From NCBI GenBank assembly GCA_964016885.1, contig OZ024748.1, forward strand, positions 51,894,001 to 51,958,000: a DNA stretch of 64,000 nucleotides. Reading direction: 5' to 3'. Of the stretch, positions 28,642 through 38,113 are shown one piece after another (within the stretch, counting starts at the first letter, position 1; each line of letters opens with the position of its first letter). The stretch comes from Eledone cirrhosa (lineage: Eukaryota). The translations under genes were made by a program, and so were the position numbers. The notes under the pieces were generated by a model. That model worked only from the letters and a program-made list of their open reading frames with translations. It was not told the origin of the DNA and did no database searches.

Positions 28642-28771
28642 ATGTACACCATTAACCATTAATACACTATATACAAGAAGAAAAAGAAAAAAAAAAGAAG
28701 AAAATGAAATATAAAAAGAAAGAAAGAAAGAGAAAAAGGAGAAGGAAGATGAAAAGGAAGAGGAGAACAAT

Positions 28772-28804
<33 letters not shown>

Positions 28805-30165
28805 GAAAGTAAAAAAGGAAAAACTACAAGACCCCCCCCCTCTCCACTCACCTTCCCCACAATACATAAAAATATAAGGAAGAAGAAAAAAAATAAACAA
28901 TAACAAAACTAAAACTAAACAGTAGCACCTCCTCCACTTACTCCTCTTCCTGTCCCACTGCTGCCACCAAAGAAACACCTCCTCCACCTACTCCTCTTCC
29001 TGTCCCACTGCTGCCACCAAAGAATTATGGGAAAGTAAAAGAATGTAAACATCCTGGGATGAATTGCTTCAATGTTAGTAAAGTTCCTATAAAATGGTGT
29101 TTTTCAAGACTGACCAAGCAGATCATTGCTGAAATTAATTGCTACCACTGACCAATATTTTCCTCACACTCAAATTGACCTCCTCCTCCTCTTCACAGAC
29201 TCTACTTTCATTATTCTCTCCCTCTCCCACCAACCTCCTCTCATAACTATCTATCTATCTAACTGTCTGTCTGTCTGTCTTACCCCCCCCCACCCTCTCT
29301 CTGTCTCTCTCTCTCTCTCTTAACACTTACTTTTCTCTTTCTCTCTTATGCTCTCTCTCTCTCTGATTTTCTTTGTCTTACTCTCTCTCAGTCTCTTACT
29401 AACTCTCTCTCTCCTTTAACACTTTGAATCTGTCAGTCTTTCTAACTCTCTATCTATCTATCTACCTTGCTCTCTCTGTCTCTTACTAACACTCTCTCTA
29501 TGCATCTCTCAATCTTTCTAACTCTCTCTCTCTTTAACACACTCTCTATGAATCTCTCACTCTTTCTAACTCTCTCCTTAACACTCTCTCTATGAACCTG
29601 TCAGTCTTTCTAACTCTCTCTCTCTCCTTAACACTCTCTCTATGAAACTGACAGTATTTCTAACTCTTTCTCCCTTAACACTCTCTCAATGCATCTCTCA
29701 CTCTTTCTAACTCTTTCTCCCTTAACACTCTCTCTAACTCTCTCTCTCCTTAACACTCTCTCTATGCATCTCTCACTCTTTCTAACTCTCTCTCTCTCTC
29801 TCTTTAACACTCTCTATGAACCTGTCAGTCTTTCTAACTCTCCCCTTAGCACTCTATGCATCTCTCACTATTTCTAACTCTCTCTCCCCCCAACTCATTC
29901 TCCCTTACTGTCCATTTATTTCACCAACTCACTCTTTCTGTCTCTCCTTTTCACTAACTCTGTCTCATCAATTCAATCTCTTTCTGTCTAACATTTGTAC
30001 TAACTCCCCCCCCCCTCTCTCTCTTTAACACAGTTTCACTCCCCCACCCACTTTGTGTCTATCTACCTCTTCTTCACTCCCTCTATCACTCCACGCTGTT
30101 GTTTTATCTATTACAACTAAATTATTTATTTATTCCAGTCATCATTCATGTAAAGCAATTTAAAC

Positions 30166-30199
<34 letters not shown>

Positions 30200-30574
30200 C
30201 ATTATATATATATATCACTCACACACACATATATATATACACACAGACACTTTTTCTTTAGGTGATTTCAGATGTCAAGTCCAGTTGTTGTGAAGAACAA
30301 GTGGGATTCTATTATAGATATTGTTTAAAAACTGTTTTATCAAATCTGTTTGCTCTACTCCCCTACATTCCCCTCACCCATATCTTGAGCCCATTAACCT
30401 CCACACTAGCACTAGGTCCTTACTAGACATGGGGTAAACAAGGTTTTATAGAGTTCCAATCAGCCTAAAGTTTTCATACCACTTCCATCACAACTACATA
30501 TGTCAGTTCTATTCATGGAAATTACAAACAGCAGAGGAGGCAATACATAACCCTGGTGAAGTCCAATATTCACA

Positions 30575-30722
30575 TAGTTGTTTCCTAGACCTCAGAAATT
30601 CAAATGACCATGTTCCACAGGACTTGTGGAAGGTTTTCTAGGAATATGGGATCAATGGACAGCTTAATATTGTCTTAAAGTCCTGTACAAGTAACTTTGT
30701 ATTTATGTTGAGATAAATGGTC
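30575..30722 (+). pseudogene. Degenerate LINE reverse transcriptase remnant
   Basis: Translates to CFLDLRNSNDHVPQDLWKVF*EYGINGQL, resembling RT motif 3 ([20 protein letters not shown]). Confidence 0.5.
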
Positions 30723-31283
30723 CAGGAAACAAGTTATACAACCAATACTTCCATGATTTTTTAAAAGACTGCTGCGGAGTGAATATTTGGTCAACTCTGC
30801 CATGTCCAAAAGGAAAACCATACTGTTTCAAAGTTAGCTTGGACTTGACAAACCCCCCGAAAATTAGAATAACATGAAATAATCACATATTTTTTGTCAG
30901 ATTTCAGTTGTAATTAAGTTTATTAAATCTAAACAAACTTATTCCCAATATTTCATTGTCATCGGTTTCCACATGCATGTATATGTAATCCTGCATCTCA
31001 TAAGTAAGTCATTGGGGGAGCGTACTGACATATGGCCTTTCTAGGGCATAGTTAAACCTGGCAGAGCACATCTCCTCTCCATGTCTGAATTTCTTCTAGA
31101 GAAGAATAGAGAGTGAGAAAAAGGTATAGAGGAAGAATCGACCCTAGTACAAGACTGGTACTTTATTGGCCTTGAGAGGGTGAATGGCAAAGTTGACTTT
31201 GGTGGGATTTGAGACCAGAGAGCCAAAGCGAATACCACAAGGCAATATATCCAACGTTCTAGCAACTCAATTTTGATTACTAA

Positions 31284-31428
31284 AAGGGCATCCAGCTGTA
31301 GAAATCAAGCTAGAATCAGTTCCCGTATGAGCAAGACAAGGTCAGCCGACTGGACACTGCCCACAACAGGACAACCTGTCTAACCCATGCTAGCGTGGAA
31401 GAACGGACGTAAAACAGTGATGATGATG
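31284..31428 (+). mobile_element. RTE-A 3' tail fragment
   Basis: Matches 16850-16990; ends in GTGATGATGAT. Confidence 0.75.
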
Positions 31429-32084
31429 TTACAACAGTGGCATACACAGATACTAGCATTTACAGTGCTTGGTTTCTACTGCTGGATGCCCTTCCTAGCA
31501 GCAATCTCATTTACAGTGCTTGGTTTCTACTGCTGGATGCCCTTCCTAGCAGCAATCTCATTTACAGTGCTTGGTTTCTACTGCTAGATGCCCTTCCTAG
31601 CAGCAATCTCATTTACAGTGCAACATCAGCCTATCTGTTACAAATGATCTGATGCTAGCTTTTCCTATATGATACCAGTAATACCATCAGGTTTCTCTCT
31701 TTCCAAAGGTTCAATCAAATATTACATATTGCACTACACCGACCCACCTTCATTAAAAATGGGGAAACCAAGTGCAATGGAAGATGTAAAAGACCAATTT
31801 AATGAGCAAAATATCTTGAAATAAAATTGAAAGATAGAGGAAAGAAGAATTATATAAAAGCAACAACAAAAACATTTACACATGACTTTCTACTCTATAA
31901 TCCACACTATCATACAATTAAGGACATTAAGTTTTATGATGGAATTTAAGCATAAATAATACAATATATATACATATTTATCTCTATATATATATCAATA
32001 TTTATCTTATACACACACATATATATATATATACAAACACACAAATACATACAAACACACACACGCATATATATATATATATAT

Positions 32085-32118
<34 letters not shown>

Positions 32119-32127
32119 AAACACACT

Positions 32128-32189
<62 letters not shown>

Positions 32190-33214
32190 CATATATATAC
32201 AAATGCACATACGTACACATACACACATGCATATATGTATATAAATATATAGTGTTTTATTCAGCAGGAATATTAACCAAACTAGGAATGATTTTATAAT
32301 ATGTAAGTGACCAATGATTGCATTGCATGCTGCCAGGATTGGTCTAAATTAAGAAAGCACTTTATCTCATATAGAAACGATTGCTTCTGAGAACATTCCG
32401 ATTATCAGCAAATCAGTCTGTAGAATATTCCCAAATACATCTTTTGTTCTAGCCACTATTTGGCTATTAATATTCCAATCGGCAACCTTCTCAACTCGAT
32501 TACAAAGATTACGTTCTCATTGTGTTTCTGCTTAGAGAAAATTGCTCGACCAAGTGCGATGAATCTTGGAATTGGTAAAATTAAGGACTGTACTATTCAA
32601 ATGTTCTGTGTGCTTTATTGTCTAATAATATATTGCTTTTTGATTATTTCTTTATATAACTTTTGTTTTAATTTTCTATACAAAACGCAGACATACGTCT
32701 ATGGAAATGTTGTTCAGCTGTTGCAATCATGCATCATATAAAGTCTATTTAATCATGCAATTATCATTTACAGAACAATGGCTCACTGACCAGTGGGAAG
32801 AATGCCAGGCTTGGAACTTTGGAGTTGCAAGTGAAAATCACTACTTCACTACTTATGAATCACAACTAACTGAAATCAACAGCTGAATGTGTCTTCAGCT
32901 CTTGTGAAACTCAGACTGGAAAGTTCAGAATTTTGCTTCAAATCTTGAAACATGAATAAACTTATTTATTTATTCATGGTTGATAGAGAGTCACAGCAAA
33001 CCAATTCTTAAATAACCCAGTCTACTGAACAAATGTTGACCAGTTTATAGTGTCATTGCTGCTATATATCGATAGTAGATTAACAAGATCCCAGACCTCA
33101 TTCATTTAATCAGTGGGGGTTGAGTTCGTCAAATCGGACTGAAGAAGCAATGTTTCCATTAGTCTTTCCAATTGATAATACTATCTGTCGGTCGCAACTC
33201 CATGCACATATATA

Positions 33215-33630
33215 GAGAGGGAGAGGGGGAAGTGGGGGGATATGGGAGGGGGAAGTGAGAGAGGGGAAGAGGGGAAAAGTGAGAGAGAGGGGAAGAGGGG
33301 GAAGTGAGAGAGAGGGGGAGATGGGGGGGAGGGGGAAAGTGAGAGAGAGGGGGATAGGGGGGAAAGTGAGAGAGGGGAAGAGGGGGGAAAGTTAGAGAGA
33401 GGGGAAGAGGGGGAAGTGAGAGAGGGGAAGAGGGGGAAAGTGGGGGGAGAGGGGAATAGGGGAAGTGGGGGAGAGGGGGAAAGTGAGAGAGAGGGGAGAG
33501 TGAGAAAGTGAGAGAGAGGGGGAGAGGGGGAAAGTGAGAGAGAGGGGGAAAGTGAGAGAGAGAGGGGGAGAAAGTGAGAGAGAGAGGGGGAAAGTGAGAG
33601 GGATGGAGAGAGATGGAGAGAAGTGGGGGT
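33215..33630. repeat. Polypurine GGGGGAAAGTGAGAGA-type tract. Similar GA tract at 61850-62310; CT minisatellite at 29300-29880
   Basis: Direct reading. Confidence 0.85.
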
Positions 33631-34305
33631 AAAAGCCCAACCACGATGCTTGGCAGTTTCGGACTGTATTTGGCAAATCTCAATAAACCCTTGAAAAGCC
33701 CTGCCAAACACAAGCAAAAGCTGCTAGGTGTCGCAATTGGGTTTCAGTCCCTCTATTCTCTCTCTGCTTCTTCCTATGCATAGAGTACTCCTCTGATCTG
33801 TCTCAACACCACAGACCTTATATATAGGAGTATGTGTGTGGTAAATACATATGCAAATATGTATATGTGTATAAACATATATATATACTTATAAAGAAAA
33901 AGAGATGAAATCGAAAATGCAACCGAAGTCTTATTTTTTTTTTAAATATATATATTTATTTGGTTCCTTAACCGAAGTCTTATTTTTTTTTTAAATATAT
34001 ATATTTTTATATATATTTTAAAAAAAATAAGACTTCGGTTAAGGAACCAAATAAATATATATATTTTTTAAAAAAATAAGACTTCGGTTGCATTTTCGAT
34101 TTCATCTCTTTTTCTTTATACTTCCACTCGTGTAGGACACCTCGGTTATTTTTCATTTTGTAAAAAAAAACCTCACTTTCTAATATATACTTATATATAT
34201 ATATATATATTATATATATACTTTATATATATATATACTTATCTATATATGTGTGTGTGTGGGAGTATGTGCATAGTAGATATATAATATGCTGTCTAAG
34301 AGAAC

Positions 34306-34764
34306 TTATGATGCCTGTGTGAGATGTTCAATGCTGCATGGTAGTGAGACATGGCAGCAACTGCAGAGGAACGGCTGGAGAGAAATGAAGCAGGCATGCT
34401 CTGATGGATGTGCAATGTCAATGAGTGTGAACGTCCAAGCATAGACGAGTTGAGAGTGAAACTGTGTATAAGAGGGACAAACTGTAGTGTGCGTGAGAGA
34501 AGACTGCATTGGTATGGCCATGTGATGTGTCATGGAAGATGACCGCTGGATGAGGAAGTGCCAAGAAATCCCAGTGGAAGGAAAACACAGTAGAGGAAGA
34601 CCACGAAAAACATGAGCAGAGGTGGTGACAGCTGACCTGAGATTACTGAAGCCCACAGATGATGAAGGACCGTGATGTGAGGAATTGAGAGATGCTGTAC
34701 TGAAAAGGACCCGTCCCACCCTTGCAAGCAAGGAAAAGCTACCAGGTAAAATGATGATGATGAT
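34306..34764 (+). pseudogene. Decayed 5'-truncated RTE LINE ('RTE-B' type, short 3' tail)
   Basis: Translates, with stops and frameshifts, to [16 protein letters not shown]...RLERNEAGML*WMC...RRLHWYGHVM...RGRPRKT, colinear with the intact ORF C-terminus. Ends in CCCGTCCCACCCTTGCAAGC...(GAT)n. Confidence 0.9.
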
Positions 34765-34791
34765 ATATATATATATATATATGAGGCATAT

Positions 34792-35135
34792 GGAGGCATA
34801 TGGCTTAGTGGTTAGAGCATTGGCCTTGCAATCGAAAGGTTGTGAGTTCAATTCTCAGACTGGGTGATGTGTTGTTTCCTTGAGCAAGAGACTTTATTTC
34901 ACATTGCTCCAGTTTACTCAGCTGTAGAAATGAGATGATAGGGACTGGGGTCTCTATCATTCCACTGCAAAGTGGTCGTGGAGGTGCCACAGCAAAAAAG
35001 CACCCAGCACTCACTGTAAATGAGGTTGGTGTTAGGAAGGGCATCCAGCTGTAGAAATCAAGCCAGAATCAGTTCCCGTCCCACCCTTGCAAGCAGGGAA
35101 AAGCGGACGTAAAATGAAATGATGATAAAATGATA
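34792..35135 (+). mobile_element. CORE-SINE family A
   Basis: Near-identical to 18475-18819. Confidence 0.88.
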
Positions 35136-36049
35136 TATATATTTATTAAAATAACAGATTAAAGTTTAAGCAAAGAATCGCTGCTTTCACCCTTAACGGG
35201 ATCTTCTGAAACTAACAAAGAAGTGAATATTTCAAAAAACGTTTTTTCAAATATTCACTTCTGCGTTCACAGATTGACTTTGTTAGTTTCAGAAGATCCC
35301 GTTAAAGGTGAAAGCAGCGATTCTTTGCTTAAACTATAATCTGTTATTTTAATAAATATTTACTCTACGGTTCTTATATATTTGATATATATTTATCCTT
35401 ATCGAGCCCTCTTTGGATTTTAGTCTTCAAATTTATTATTATTACCATATATATATATATGTATATATGTATATATATATACTTAGACACTCTGAGTTGT
35501 ATATATTTACATAAGAATGTATGTAAACAAAACAGTATAGAGCCATAGAGTGACCTGTCAAAATATTACAGCTAAAACATTTCAAAAAAAGATGGGGGGG
35601 GGGGGATAGAGAATGAAACACTGGTGGGGGATGGGGGTGAGAGAAAAAGATTGAGTTGAATATGTATATGTATGAGGTGGGCAGAGGAAAGGCAGAATGT
35701 AATTTGAAAAGTCTGTGTTGTGAGTGTGAGAGTGTGATTGTGTATGGGTGAGTGATAGTATGTGTATGTGTGAGTGATAGTGTGTGTATGTGTGTGTGTG
35801 TATGTGTGAGTGTGTGAGTGTGTGTGTGTATGTGTGAATGTGTATGCATGTGTGTGTGTGTGTGTGTGTGTGAGTGTGTGTGTGTGTGAGTGTGTGTGTG
35901 TGTGTGAGTGTGTGAGTGTGTGTGAGTGTGTGTGTGTGAGTGTGTGTGTGTGAGTCTGTGTGTGAATTTGTGAATGTGTGTGCATGTGTGAGTGTGGATA
36001 TGTGTGAGTGTGTGTATGTGTGTGAGTGTGAATTTGTGTGTGTGGGTAT

Positions 36050-36090
<41 letters not shown>

Positions 36091-36264
36091 TCTGTGTGTG
36101 TGTGTGTGTGAGTGTGAGTGTGTATGTGTGAGTGTGTGAGTGTGTGAGTGTGTGGTGGAAGTGAAAAATAAGACAAGGTAAGTGCTTATATGCTGGGCCA
36201 CATAGTCACTGTGTCACTGGCTGTCTAAGAGAATTTAAATGTTCATTAATCATCCATGTGCATA

Positions 36265-36295
<31 letters not shown>

Positions 36296-36911
36296 GTATA
36301 TTGTGTATATATATATATATATGTATATGTGTGTGTGTGTATATAAGTATATGTTTATGTATATATGAATATATATATATATACACACACACATATATAG
36401 ATATATATATATATATACGCACACACACACACACATACACACACATAACATATATATGTATATACATAAACACACATATATACACACACACACACATATA
36501 TACACTTATATACAGACACACGGCATACTCTGTGATCCTGGTTGTTTTTGATGATATTTCTCTAATCTGCTGACCCCATCATTTCTATGGTATCATCTTA
36601 TACTGTGAATAACAAGGAGGATGGTTATGTAATAAAGGCAGTTCAGAAAGGGAGGAGAATAAAAGAGGGGGAGGGGGAGGAGAGGGGGAAGGGGAGGAGA
36701 AAGAGGGGGAGGAGAAGGGGGGAAAGAGGGGGGAGAGAGAGTATGTGAGAGAGAAAGATTTATTTATATATATATATGTGTGTGTAGAAGGTGAGTAATA
36801 TTGTAGAACAATAAAACTATGCATATATCAGATAAGTAGCACTCAACAGTTGGTAGAACTGGAGTATATATGATAAAGAAGAAATTAAAAGATGGTTAAA
36901 AGAGTTCCATA

Positions 36912-36981
36912 TATTTTATTATGCACATTTTGAATACAAAATCATCCTGGGAAATTTTTTGTGTTCCCATCAGATAAAATA
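36912..36981 (-). ncRNA. Degenerate hammerhead (inverted partner of 37255-37324)
   Basis: Minus strand: TATTTTAT-CTGATGG-GAACACAA..TTGTATTC-AAAA-TGTGCA-TA-ATAAAATA; two core substitutions. Confidence 0.5.
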
Positions 36982-36983
36982 AC

Positions 36984-37171
36984 TGTTTCTACTTTAGGCA
37001 CAAGGCCAGCAATTACCCAGTGCATTACTGGTACCTTATTTTATCGACCCCGTAAGGATGAAAGGCAAAGTCAACCTCGGCGGGATTTGAACTCAGATCG
37101 TAAAGGGATGTAACTATACTGGAAAGCATGGCGTCCGACTTTCCACCGATACTGCCAATCCACCGTACAAT
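36984..37171 (-). mobile_element. tRNA-head SINE with Meta/MESC-like central domain, 17-bp TSD
   Basis: Minus strand: TGGCAGTATCGG A box, GAGTTCAAATCC B box, GTTGACTTTGCCTTTCATCCTTACGGGGTCGATAAAAT..GTACCAG, tail GGCCTTGTGCCTAAAGTAGAAACA. TSD CCATCAGATAAAATAAC at 36967-36983 and 37172-37188. Confidence 0.88.
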
Positions 37172-37254
37172 CCATCAGATAAAATAACGTAACATGATAT
37201 GAGGCATAATAGCACTTGTTTATAGGAAAGTGCTAAGTCTACATATTGTTACCT

Positions 37255-37324
37255 TATTTTATCTGATAAGAACACAATTTTTGTCCCAGGATGATTTTGT
37301 GTTCGAAATGCGCATAATAAAATA
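37255..37324 (+). ncRNA. Type I hammerhead motif with a G8A core change
   Basis: TATTTTAT-CTGATAA-GAACACAA(19 nt)TTGTGTTC-GAAA-TGCGCA-TA^ATAAAATA: perfect 8-bp stems I and II, palindromic stem III. Confidence 0.62.
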
Positions 37325-37427
37325 TATGGAACTCTTTTAAACATCTTTTAATTTCTTCTTTATTATATATATATATACATATATCAATGATATTAATAAA
37401 GGGAAACTATATTTATAAAACCATATT

Positions 37428-37482
37428 TATTGTATTATATACATTTCAAGGGTACCAAAACTTTGGTAGACTCTCATCAGAT
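37428..37482 (-). ncRNA. Hammerhead core, same family as 55378-55479, with stem I truncated
   Basis: Minus strand: AT-CTGATGA-GAGtcTACCAAA..TTTGGTACCCTT-GAAA-TGTATA-TA-ATAC. Downstream flank 37385-37430 matches 55352-55398. Confidence 0.5.
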
Positions 37483-37511
37483 CGGTGACAATCAAGCATA
37501 TATGTATATAT

Positions 37512-37850
37512 ATCATCATCATCATCATCATTTCATTTTACGTCCGCTTTTTCCCTGGTGGGATGGGAACTGATTCTGGCTTGATTTCTACAGCTGGATG
37601 CCCTTCCTCACACCAACCTCATTTACACTGAGTGCTGGGTGCTTTTTTGCTGTGGCATCTCCACGACCACTTTGCAGTGGAATGATATGGACCCCAGTCC
37701 CTATCATCTCATTTCTAGAGCTGAGTAAACTGGGGCAATGTGAAATAAAGTGCCTTGTTCAAGGAAACAACACATCACCCGATCTGAGAAGTGAACTCAC
37801 AACCTTTCGATTGCAAAGCCAATGCTCTAACCACTAAGCCATGTACCTCC
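37512..37850 (-). mobile_element. CORE-SINE family A
   Basis: Reverse complement of 18475-18819 with a small deletion in the tail. Confidence 0.88.
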
Positions 37851-38113
37851 ATATATATATATTGTCTGTGTGTTTGTCTGGTTCCATTATCCTAATGCCT
37901 CTGAAATATACATAACAGCTTCTAATAAACTGAATTATGGAAAAGTAGAACTGTGTCTTTATATTATACAGGACAAAAATCACTACATGGGGATTCAAGG
38001 TCTAGTTATGACTATCTTCTCAGATTGTGCACCATTACGTACTCTCCAGTGAGATGGTCATAATTGGACTACAAAACTTTAGGGAGCGATTTTTGTTCCA
38101 TGTATGAACATAA

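Noticed and set aside
35288-35330. CAGAAGA-TCCC-GTTAA-(A/G)GGT-GAAA as a hammerhead inside the fold-back element
   Set aside because: Core reads CAGA not CUGA, and I cannot form convincing stems I and III.
36170-36185. Consensus splice donor CAAG|GTAAGT
   Set aside because: Preceded only by a GT microsatellite, with no identifiable acceptor or exon; expected by chance in 64 kb.
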